Shown piece by piece: positions 17,418-25,638 of a stretch of DNA of 50,921 bases. The stretch comes from an uncultured Pseudobdellovibrionaceae bacterium (lineage in GTDB: Bacteria > Bdellovibrionota > Bdellovibrionia > Bdellovibrionales > JAGQZY01). The stretch spans positions 1 to 50,921 of the forward strand of contig CAYRIE010000001.1 of the NCBI GenBank assembly GCA_964424215.1, in the 5' to 3' direction. Below the pieces are notes generated by a model, which worked only from the letters and a program-made list of their open reading frames with translations, searched no databases and had not been told where the DNA came from. Made by a program: the position numbers and the translations under genes. Every line of letters begins with the position of its first letter. Within the stretch, counting starts at the first letter, position 1.

Positions 17418-18101
17418 ATGTTGCAGATGATTGTTGACTCAGGAGTGTTTGGTTACGTGATCGTAGGAATCGCGTTTGTTGCCGTGCTGCTCATAGCTGA
17501 GCGCAGTTACGTTCTTTTTAAGACGTACTCCATCCATGCGGACAGCTTTATGAAGAAGATTCAGGAGTTGATCGGTAAAGATCAGATTTCTGAAGCTGTT
17601 ACCTTGTGCGCCAAGGAAGACGAAAAACCCCTTCCCCACGTGATCAAAGCTGTCTTGGAGCGATCCGACCGTGATGATGAGTCCATCTATCAGGGTATGG
17701 ATATCGCCATGGCTGAGGTCATCCCCAAGCTTGGGAAAAGACTCAACTACCTTTCGCTGTTTGCCAACGTGTCCACTCTGTTCGGACTTTTAGGTACGAT
17801 CCAGGGTTTGATCATGTCCTTTGCGGCCGTGGCCCAAGCAGATGCTTCCCAAAAGAACGAGCTGCTGGCCCAGGGTATTTCCATTGCGATGTACACGACG
17901 GCCATGGGTCTGATCGTGGCGATCCCCTCTCTTGTGGTCTACACCTTTTTGCATAACAAACAGTCGCGCATGCTCGAGGAGATTATCGAGCACGCAGCTA
18001 AAGTTGTCGACACTCTAACAACTCGGCACTATGTGGCCCCGCAAAGCAGTGCAGCAGGTGGTGCTCCTCAAAAGGCCCCTCCTGTCCCACGGGCATCTTA
18101 A
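17418..18101 (+). CDS. MotA/TolQ/ExbB-family proton channel (AglR-like)
   Basis: Three TM helices and the family core (LFGLLGTIQGLIMSFAAV ... GISIAMYTTAMGLIVAIPSLVVYTFL). Confidence 0.85.
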   Translation: MLQMIVDSGVFGYVIVGIAFVAVLLIAERSYVLFKTYSIHADSFMKKIQELIGKDQISEAVTLCAKEDEKPLPHVIKAVLERSDRDDESIYQGMDIAMAEVIPKLGKRLNYLSLFANVSTLFGLLGTIQGLIMSFAAVAQADASQKNELLAQGISIAMYTTAMGLIVAIPSLVVYTFLHNKQSRMLEEIIEHAAKVVDTLTTRHYVAPQSSAAGGAPQKAPPVPRAS

Positions 18102-18127
18102 CCACTTTCCAATCGACGGAGTAGAAC

Positions 18128-18688
18128 GTGAGAAAGTCTAGGATTCAGCGCGAAGTGAAAGGGGAGGTTCAGAACGATCTGGATCTCACCCCGACGTTGT
18201 CCCTCATGATTGTGCTTATTCCGATGCTTTTGCTGACTGCTGCTTTCATCAAGATCAAAGTGATCGAGGCACCTCTTCCTCAGTTTATCGCCGAGGCTAT
18301 CGCCGAGAACGCTTCAGGAGAGGAGCTTATCACTCTGGATGTAGATGTGCTCCAAGACCGCAGTGTGCGTATTAACCTGAGCGTGAACGGGAAAGTCTCC
18401 AAAAACACCGTCGGGCCTCAGCGCAGTGAGGGAGCGGCTACTGTGAACCTGGATCAGCTCCGTTCAGAGCTAATCAGGATCAAGCGCGCCCATCCCACGG
18501 TCTTTTCGATGTCCGTTAACCCTGCACCAGCGGTGACCTATGACGAAATCGTAAAGGTGCTCGATGTAGCTCGAACTACGGGATCTAAAAGCGAAACTTT
18601 TGACATTATCAACAGAGAAACTGGCGAGAAAAACACCACGGAACTTATGTTTCCGGAGGTCATTTTTGGCAATTTGGTAGAGGGCTGA
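18128..18688 (+). CDS. ExbD/TolR-family protein, paralogue 1 (TM Asp replaced by Ser)
   Basis: ExbD-like N-terminus DLDLTPTLSLMIVLIPMLLL plus a periplasmic domain. The position aligned by eye with TolR D23 / ExbD D25 is Ser (codon 18200-18202). GTG start. Confidence 0.75.
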   Translation: MRKSRIQREVKGEVQNDLDLTPTLSLMIVLIPMLLLTAAFIKIKVIEAPLPQFIAEAIAENASGEELITLDVDVLQDRSVRINLSVNGKVSKNTVGPQRSEGAATVNLDQLRSELIRIKRAHPTVFSMSVNPAPAVTYDEIVKVLDVARTTGSKSETFDIINRETGEKNTTELMFPEVIFGNLVEG

Positions 18689-18689
18689 A

Positions 18690-19205
18690 ATGGGACGTTT
18701 ATCCGAAACGATGAAACGCTTTAATAAACAGGACAGCAGCGTGGGGGTGCAGCTCACCTCTATGGTGGACGTATTGACCATCCTGCTTGTTTTCCTGCTT
18801 AAAAGCTTCTCCTCAAGTGCAGTGGTTCCGCCTATGGGAGATGGAGTGCGTCTGCCCGATTCTACCGCGATGGTGGAGCCCATTGAAGCCCTCAAGTTGG
18901 TCGTCTCTCCCCTAGGGGTTTTCGTCAACGATGAGATGGTTATCACGTTTCAGGACTCCAAGATTTTGGAGACGGACCTCTCCGGTCAGGATCCAGATTT
19001 GATAGTCAAGCTTCATGAGAAGATGGAATCTGAAGCTAAGAGAGCTGAAGAGATCGCCAAGGTGAATCCAACCTTAGATTTTAAGGGCGAGGTTCTGATG
19101 CAGGCAGATAGAAGCCTCTCTTATGAGGTCTTAAGAAAGATTATGTACACATCCTCGTTAGCTGGTTACGGCGATTTGAAATTGGCTACGATGTTGGCGG
19201 AGTGA
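18690..19205 (+). CDS. ExbD/TolR-family protein, paralogue 2 (TM Asp retained)
   Basis: VQLTSMVDVLTILLVFLL with the conserved Asp (codon 18768-18770). It starts 1 nt after the previous stop. Confidence 0.8.
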   Translation: MGRLSETMKRFNKQDSSVGVQLTSMVDVLTILLVFLLKSFSSSAVVPPMGDGVRLPDSTAMVEPIEALKLVVSPLGVFVNDEMVITFQDSKILETDLSGQDPDLIVKLHEKMESEAKRAEEIAKVNPTLDFKGEVLMQADRSLSYEVLRKIMYTSSLAGYGDLKLATMLAE

Positions 19206-22132
19206 GAATGCACAGCAGAGTTTGGACCCTCATTTTAGTACTATTTCTCGGGGGAGCCGTCACGGCTCAGGCGCCGCTGGAATCCATCCGGCTCACTCCC
19301 GGAGATGAGATGAGCAACGAGAAAAAGTCGCTGCAAGCCGAACTGCTGATTAGAAAATCTGAGGATCAAGCGCTCGCTCAGATTAAAGATTTGCTCAGAA
19401 AGCATCGCGGAGAGGCTCTTGAAGTGGAACTTTTGTTCCGTTTAGCGGAGCTGCACATGCGCCGGGCTAAGACCGAAAGATTTTTTGAAATCCATCGGCA
19501 CAGCGATACAGTGACCAAGCTCGCACCTCAACATGTTAAAAAGGCCTCTCAGAAGCGAGAAATCCAGCAGGCGATCAGCACCTATGACAACATCCGCCGC
19601 CGGTTCCCTAAGTACCAACAAATGGACTTAGTGCTTTTCAACAGCGGCTTTGCTCGGCAGCTGATCAACGACGACCGCTCTGCTGAAAAGCTCTACTGGG
19701 AGATTATCGCACAGCACCCCAACTCTTACCTTGTGCCCGATGCCCACCTAGCTATCGGCGAGATCAATTTCGAGCGGCGTGGCTATCAAAAGGCGCTGGA
19801 GCATTTTCTAAAGATCGAGGACTATCCCGCATCCAGAGCTTACTCCTACGGGATGTATAAAGCCTCCTGGGCCTACTACAACCTTCAGAGGTCCGTAGAT
19901 GCTATGAAAAAGCTTGAGCAAGTGGTCACCTACGGTCAGTACGTCAAAGACAACAATCTCGATAGCCGGTTGGATTTGCGTGCAGAGGCTCTTAAGGATT
20001 TAGCGCTTTTCTATAGCGACGTTATGAAGGCTAAAGGCGCTGTGGCCTATTTTATGAAGTGGTCCAGGGAGCTGAGCGCCTGGCCTCAGGTTCACATGCT
20101 CACAGAAATCTACAAGCGTCACGGTAAGCACGAGGACATTGAAGTGGTCCTGCTGGACGTTATCAATATGATTCCCGATAAGAGTGCCGTGATTGCAGCC
20201 TATGATGAGCTGCTCATGACCCATGAGCGCGCCCTCAACAGAGACAAGGCTGTGGAGCGCCTCAACCTTTTTGTCAGATACTGTAAGGGACTGGCCCCGC
20301 GCGGGAAAATGCCCGCCGAAGAAGCTGTGGAGCTTTTCGACAGCTGTAAAGGCAAGGTTGTGGAGAGCTCCCACCACCTTGCATCTAAATGGCATGGGCT
20401 ATGGATTAAAAACAACAAGCATGAACTCTTCCAAAAGAGCGCCTCGCTGGCCTATTTGGCTTACTTAGAGTTTGCGGATCCGGTGACCGAGGAAATGGCT
20501 CAGGTGCGCTTTAACTACGGTGAGCTCCTCTTTAACGGCGAAGAGTTTCGTAAGGCCTCAGGCAGTTACGCCCTTGTAAGAACCGCTAAGCCCTCTCAGC
20601 AGCTGCTTCACGACGGGAACTACGCTGCCATTGTTAGCCTTGAGCGCGCCACAGGCGATACTTGGAACGATAAGGACGAGCAGCACTTTAAAAAGCTCGT
20701 GACCTCCTACCTTGAGGATTCACCTAAGGGAAAGTACAGCCTGGATCTGCGGTTTAAAGTGGCCTTTATCGCCTATCAAAAAGGTCGCTACGATGAAGCT
20801 ATGCCTCAACTGAAAGAGCTGGGCTGGGCGCATAAGGGGACTGAGAACGGAGAGCGTGCGCAGGATCTTTATCTGGATATTCTGAACATCAAAAAAAGGT
20901 ACGGAGATTTGAAGCAAGCCGCTGCGGAAGTAGGGGAGATGACCCGATCTTCAGAGCGCAAGGCCAAGGTCAAAAACATCTATCAAGAAGCTTACTTCGC
21001 CGAAGTGCAGACCTCAGTAGAAGCGGGTGCTGGCATCCAGGCAGCCCAAAGCTTTTTGGCCTTCTCTAAAGAGAACCCTAAATCTCCTTTGGCCTCTAAA
21101 GCCTGGTGGAATGCCACGCAAATTCTCTTTGACGCTGAAGAGTACAAAGAGGGATCCCAGAAGTGTCTGGAGTTTGCCGCAGCCTACCCTAAGGACGATC
21201 AGGCCAAAGAGTGCCTCGTCCAGGCAGCTTTGCATTTTGAAAAAATGGGTCATCTTGATCAAGCCGCACACGCACTGGAGATGGGTGCAAAGCTGAGCCA
21301 GGGAGCTGAGGCGCAAAAGACCTTAGAGCTTGCGGCTGACTTTTGGGCTCTCGGCGGAGCTGATAGCAAGGCCGATGGTCTTTACGATAAACTCTTTTCA
21401 TCATCTGCGGCGGCCGATCAGGACAGAGTTTTAACCAAATGGCACCGTTTGGCTCAGAGCAGAGGCATGAAGGCTCGGGAAAGGCTTTTGCGTGAGAGAG
21501 TTTTGGCCCTACCCAAGTCGGCCTACAAGTTTGAGCTCCTTGCCGAACAGGTCGAAAGTAGCTTTTCCAAGGGCGACCTCCCTGGTGCCTTTAGGGCGGC
21601 TAGCGGAATTGTGGGCAGCTCAGCAGCGCCAAGTCACCTCAAAGCCAAGGCCAGGTACTTTCAAGCACGAGTGCTCCAGGACGAGTTTGAAAAGCAGAGT
21701 GTGAAGGCGCGGCCCGAAAGGTTAGCTCTGGTTTTAGGCATCAAAACGGAAAAGCTGGAAAAGGCTCAGCAGGCTTTTCAGGCCACAATTTCCTACCGCG
21801 ACTCCGAGTATTCTTTAAAAGCCCTTGAAGGCCTAGCTCAGATCTACCTGACCTATGCCCAAGACATGCGAACGATCAGTGCGCCCCAGGAGCTGAGCGC
21901 TCAAGAGCAGGCTCAGTTCCGCGCGGAACTTGAGAACTTGGCTATCCCCATGGAGGAAAAGGGCATCGAAGGTGTAGAGCAGGCACTCCGTTTTGCCAAA
22001 GACGTTAAACTTCGCGACGATTCGGCCCACAGGATTCAAACTTGGCTGGACCAACTGAACCACCAACCAGCCGGATTAGATGTAAGATCTTTCCAGCCTC
22101 AGCCCTATCTACCTCGGGGAGGTGATGCATGA
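19202..22132 (+). CDS. Large secreted TPR-repeat protein (GltD/AgmU-like by position and architecture)
   Basis: 976 aa. Signal peptide (VLFLGGAVTAQA) followed by TPR-like repeats throughout. The start overlaps the ExbD stop. Same position as gltD after the aglRQS-type genes. Confidence 0.6.
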   Translation: MRMHSRVWTLILVLFLGGAVTAQAPLESIRLTPGDEMSNEKKSLQAELLIRKSEDQALAQIKDLLRKHRGEALEVELLFRLAELHMRRAKTERFFEIHRHSDTVTKLAPQHVKKASQKREIQQAISTYDNIRRRFPKYQQMDLVLFNSGFARQLINDDRSAEKLYWEIIAQHPNSYLVPDAHLAIGEINFERRGYQKALEHFLKIEDYPASRAYSYGMYKASWAYYNLQRSVDAMKKLEQVVTYGQYVKDNNLDSRLDLRAEALKDLALFYSDVMKAKGAVAYFMKWSRELSAWPQVHMLTEIYKRHGKHEDIEVVLLDVINMIPDKSAVIAAYDELLMTHERALNRDKAVERLNLFVRYCKGLAPRGKMPAEEAVELFDSCKGKVVESSHHLASKWHGLWIKNNKHELFQKSASLAYLAYLEFADPVTEEMAQVRFNYGELLFNGEEFRKASGSYALVRTAKPSQQLLHDGNYAAIVSLERATGDTWNDKDEQHFKKLVTSYLEDSPKGKYSLDLRFKVAFIAYQKGRYDEAMPQLKELGWAHKGTENGERAQDLYLDILNIKKRYGDLKQAAAEVGEMTRSSERKAKVKNIYQEAYFAEVQTSVEAGAGIQAAQSFLAFSKENPKSPLASKAWWNATQILFDAEEYKEGSQKCLEFAAAYPKDDQAKECLVQAALHFEKMGHLDQAAHALEMGAKLSQGAEAQKTLELAADFWALGGADSKADGLYDKLFSSSAAADQDRVLTKWHRLAQSRGMKARERLLRERVLALPKSAYKFELLAEQVESSFSKGDLPGAFRAASGIVGSSAAPSHLKAKARYFQARVLQDEFEKQSVKARPERLALVLGIKTEKLEKAQQAFQATISYRDSEYSLKALEGLAQIYLTYAQDMRTISAPQELSAQEQAQFRAELENLAIPMEEKGIEGVEQALRFAKDVKLRDDSAHRIQTWLDQLNHQPAGLDVRSFQPQPYLPRGGDA

Positions 22133-23037
22133 ACCTACTCCGTGTTTGGCTTATCAGCTTGGCTCTTGCAGGATGTGCCTCAACGGGTCCTAAAGCGAAG
22201 TCCGGCTCGGCCAAGAGCGTGCCCTTCGTTCAGGGGGTTCACGGCACTGAAGCTCACTCTGTTTCGGGTACGTGCACAGTGAACCGAGAAGCTTGGCTTT
22301 CCATGACGTGGAAGCGTCTTAACGATGTAGCCAACAAGTGTGTTCAGGAGCAGAAGTGGTCGACAGTGAAAGATCTGGGTCACTTTCTTGCTGAAAAGTT
22401 CTATCACAGCCCCTGGGGACTTTATTATCTGTCCTTATACTACGATCAGGCCAAGGACGCCGATAGATCCCTATGGTTCATTGAGGCCGCTTTGGCCAAA
22501 ACAGCTGTGGACCTGGGTCTTCTGAACTACCAAAAAGCTAAAGTTCTTCTGAGTGTGGGTGATTTGCCTGGAGCCTACCAGTTTTTTGAAAAAGCAGTTC
22601 GGCTAGACGACAACTTGGTGGACGCCCACATTTACTTGGGACAGCAAGCTTATCTGGACCGAGACTTGGGGCGCGCCGAAAAGCATTTGGCCAAAGCCTT
22701 CGGAAAAAACAAACTCCAGGAGGTCGTGCACTTTCAGATGCTCGCCCAGTCCTACGAAGCGCGGAAAAAGTGGGCCGAGTCAGTGGACGTTCTGGAGCGA
22801 GGGTTAAGGGCTCATAAGGACAGCTTGGAGCTCAAACTCCAGCGGGCCTCTGTGCTCGAGCAGGGGTTGAAGGATCTCCGAGCCGCACTGAAAGCCTACG
22901 AGGATGTTCTCAAGCTTCAGGCGAAAAGATCCCAAAATTCATCGCCTGTGAAAGATAAGATCGATCAAATTAAAAAGTTACTCGAGCAGAACGACCAAAA
23001 CGAACGAGCACCAGCGACTCGAGAGGAAAGGGCCTAA
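22129..23037 (+). CDS. TPR-repeat lipoprotein (GltE-like by position)
   Basis: ATGA overlap with the upstream gene. Lipobox LALAGC. TPR-like repeats. Confidence 0.55.
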   Translation: MNLLRVWLISLALAGCASTGPKAKSGSAKSVPFVQGVHGTEAHSVSGTCTVNREAWLSMTWKRLNDVANKCVQEQKWSTVKDLGHFLAEKFYHSPWGLYYLSLYYDQAKDADRSLWFIEAALAKTAVDLGLLNYQKAKVLLSVGDLPGAYQFFEKAVRLDDNLVDAHIYLGQQAYLDRDLGRAEKHLAKAFGKNKLQEVVHFQMLAQSYEARKKWAESVDVLERGLRAHKDSLELKLQRASVLEQGLKDLRAALKAYEDVLKLQAKRSQNSSPVKDKIDQIKKLLEQNDQNERAPATREERA

Positions 23038-23039
23038 GG

Positions 23040-23279
23040 ATGATTAAATTCATTGTGACTTTGGCTTTGAGCTTAGCTTGCGCCACCGTATTCGCCCAAT
23101 CGGGGCGTAGCAAAAAGGTGCAAGAGGTGAATTTTGACGGGGTCGACATCGACGGGAAGGTGAAGAACCCCGACGGGGCCTACCTCCTGCAAAAAAAGGG
23201 AGTGGACTTTCTGCCCCTTTATAAAGTGAAGACCGAATTTGATAACAACATCAAAGAGTCCATCGAGTACTTGAGGTGA
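23040..23279 (+). CDS. Small secreted protein, 79 aa (position-equivalent to gltF)
   Basis: Signal peptide MIKFIVTLALSLACATVFAQ. It lies 2 nt after the previous stop and 4 nt before the next start. The assignment rests on gene order only. Confidence 0.4.
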   Translation: MIKFIVTLALSLACATVFAQSGRSKKVQEVNFDGVDIDGKVKNPDGAYLLQKKGVDFLPLYKVKTEFDNNIKESIEYLR

Positions 23280-23283
23280 CCAA

Positions 23284-24792
23284 ATGAGTCGGCGTGAGTT
23301 GCTGGTCGAGCATTATTACAACAAGAGATTTCTGAAGTCTCGGCGGTTTAAGTCCAATCAGAGCCAAGTCATCTTTGGCTCTTCGCCCTCGGCGGACATT
23401 CGGCTGATGGGTCAGGACGTTAATGGCATTCACGCTCTGGTGGAGCATGTGGACGACACATGGCTCCTGATGGACCTTGCCAGTCCCACGGGCACCCGTG
23501 TGGACGGTGAGAACATCATCGAAAAAACCATTCAGGAGCCAACGTCCGTTAGAATCGGAAGCCATGAGATCCGCCTGATTCCCATTCACATTGAATCCAC
23601 GCTCTTTAAGCCGGAGGAGACTCCGGCTGCCCAGGCAGGGGAGACTCTGCACCAAGTGGTCGTTCGGCGAAACGGTGAGATTTTGCGAACGGCCGTTCTT
23701 AAGCCCCAGGAGAGCTTCATCTGGGGCGCTCAGGACATGATTTTTGCGCCTCCCACCACAAGAGAGTGGGTCGTAAGTAGGTTCGATGGACTCAGTGTGC
23801 AGCAGCGCCTAACCTCAGCTCCCCAGGTGGAGCTTGAAAAGGTCAAACTCCAACTCACTGAAAGCGAAAAGATCTCCTTGGTCGGTGTGGGGACCTTTGC
23901 ACTGCTATGCTTTCTTTTGTTGGTACTAAAGCCAGCTACGGAGGCAAAGCCCCTTCAGGAGCAGTCCAACGTCTATGCCAAGATGGTGCTAGATCCTGAG
24001 GTGTTGAAAGAAAAACGAAACGACGCTCAACAAAACCGTAGAAAACTGGTTCAACAGAAAGTAGCAAAAACCGCTCAGCAGAAGGCTGGACCCACCAGCA
24101 AAATACCAAGTAAAGCCGCACCCTCATCGGGTGCGCCCACAGCAAGAGTGCAGGATGGACCCAAGGTTCTGACCAACATCCGCACCGCCCAGCTCGGACA
24201 GATCATCGGGCGCATCAGCCAAAGAGCTGACAGTTCACGAGGGCTCGCATCCGCCCAAGGGCCCAACGCACCCACCTCATCTAGCCGGCTCCGAGGCAGC
24301 GGCCTCCCTTCAGTGGAGGGCAGCGGGGTGAAGCGTGGAAATGGAACAGCAGCCTCCAGTCCGTATCAAATTGCGGCAGTGGGGACCTCCGGTAGAGGAG
24401 GGGGAGTTTCAGATTTTAAAGGGGTAGGCAGTCTCTCCTCAGGCTCTGTGGGAACGGCTGACGTGGGAATTATGGAGGATGAGGCTGAGGTGGATGGCGG
24501 CTTAGACCGCGAAGTTATCGCCAACTATATTAAAAGTCAGCTCGGACAAATCCGATACTGCTATGAACGACAACTGAGTGCGAATCCTGATCTTTATGGC
24601 AAGGTTCAAATTCAGTTTACGATTGCTGCCCATGGGGGTGTGTCAGCACACTCCATTGGACAGACAACATTAAAAGACGCCACGGTAGAGGGATGTATTT
24701 TGCGGCGTGTGGCTCAGTGGAAGTTTCCGGAACCGAAAGGCGGGACGCAGGTCAAAGTCACCTACCCCTTCCTGTTCAAGAGTACTAACTGA
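23284..24792 (+). CDS. FHA domain - TM - AgmX/PglI-type TonB-C-like domain protein (GltG-like)
   Basis: N-terminal FHA-like segment (VIFGSSPSADIRLMGQDVNGIHALVEH ... WLLMDLASPTGTRVDGENI). TM helix (ISLVGVGTFALLCFLLLVL) and a low-complexity linker. C-terminal domain: GGLDREVIANYIKSQLGQIRYCYERQL ... GKVQIQFTI ... VEGCILRRVAQWKFPEP ... VTYPFLFK. Confidence 0.65.
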   Translation: MSRRELLVEHYYNKRFLKSRRFKSNQSQVIFGSSPSADIRLMGQDVNGIHALVEHVDDTWLLMDLASPTGTRVDGENIIEKTIQEPTSVRIGSHEIRLIPIHIESTLFKPEETPAAQAGETLHQVVVRRNGEILRTAVLKPQESFIWGAQDMIFAPPTTREWVVSRFDGLSVQQRLTSAPQVELEKVKLQLTESEKISLVGVGTFALLCFLLLVLKPATEAKPLQEQSNVYAKMVLDPEVLKEKRNDAQQNRRKLVQQKVAKTAQQKAGPTSKIPSKAAPSSGAPTARVQDGPKVLTNIRTAQLGQIIGRISQRADSSRGLASAQGPNAPTSSSRLRGSGLPSVEGSGVKRGNGTAASSPYQIAAVGTSGRGGGVSDFKGVGSLSSGSVGTADVGIMEDEAEVDGGLDREVIANYIKSQLGQIRYCYERQLSANPDLYGKVQIQFTIAAHGGVSAHSIGQTTLKDATVEGCILRRVAQWKFPEPKGGTQVKVTYPFLFKSTN

Positions 24793-24825
24793 CGCTAGAG
24801 CCACTCACCCCAAAAGGAGCACGTT

Positions 24826-25638
24826 ATGCTAAAATTTCTCTACCCCGCGCTGGGCCAACTAGGGTCCGCGGCCGCCGTCGCCCTGTTCGCTTTAAGTCTG
24901 TCGGCTCAATCTAAAGCACCTGCCAAAGCACCCGCCAAAGGAGCGAATGCGCCGGCGGGGGATTATGAAAAGCTCGATGTGAGTGACCTTGAGCAAAGGT
25001 ACTGGACCCCCAGAGACACGGAGTTCAACGTCGTGCAAAACCGCACCTACTCCAAGGTCAAGCGGCTGGGCGTGGGCTTAAGCTTGGGGACGGTCATCAC
25101 AGACACCTATGTGGACACTACTGACATGACCCTTACGCTCAACTACTTTCCAACCGAGCGCTACGGTATAGAAGTGAACTACACGGACCACAGTGGAAAG
25201 CCCTCAAAGGCTGTCAGTGACTTTATTAACTCACATGGCACCATACCCAACCACAACCTGATCCAACAATCCATTGGAGCCAGCTTTAACTGGGTTCCTC
25301 TCTACGCCAAGATGAGCTTTCTTGAGAAACGAATTTTGTACTACGACATGTACATTTCCCCCGGGATTCAGTACGTGACCTACAAGCAGCATTACCGCGA
25401 CCAAGTCAACACGGCACTGAACCGGGAAAAAGAGAACTCAGTTCTGGGCTTCTCTCTGGACGTCTCTCAGGTGGTGTTTCTCAATCGAAATTTCGCCTTC
25501 CGACTCGACTTTAAGAACCGTTGGTACAAAAACGACGTCTTAAGGCACAGCACTGGGGAGACCGATAGCTCGGTTGTGATCAACTCCAACTCATTGCTCT
25601 TTGGGTTCACCTACCTTTTCGGAGGCGGAGGACAGTGA
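24826..25638 (+). CDS. Outer-membrane beta-barrel protein (GltA/GltB/NfsA-like candidate)
   Basis: Signal peptide. Alternating hydrophobic beta-strand pattern. C-terminal beta-signal-like LLFGFTYLF. 270 aa, similar in size to GltA/GltB. Confidence 0.55.
   Translation: MLKFLYPALGQLGSAAAVALFALSLSAQSKAPAKAPAKGANAPAGDYEKLDVSDLEQRYWTPRDTEFNVVQNRTYSKVKRLGVGLSLGTVITDTYVDTTDMTLTLNYFPTERYGIEVNYTDHSGKPSKAVSDFINSHGTIPNHNLIQQSIGASFNWVPLYAKMSFLEKRILYYDMYISPGIQYVTYKQHYRDQVNTALNREKENSVLGFSLDVSQVVFLNRNFAFRLDFKNRWYKNDVLRHSTGETDSSVVINSNSLLFGFTYLFGGGGQ

Noticed and set aside
24916-24939. A tandem 12-nt repeat encoding APAKAPAK in the OMP barrel gene. This was part of a general look for CRISPR-like or tandem repeats.
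   Set aside because: There are only two imperfect copies, inside a signal-peptide-proximal linker. No repeat-spacer periodicity appears anywhere in the window.
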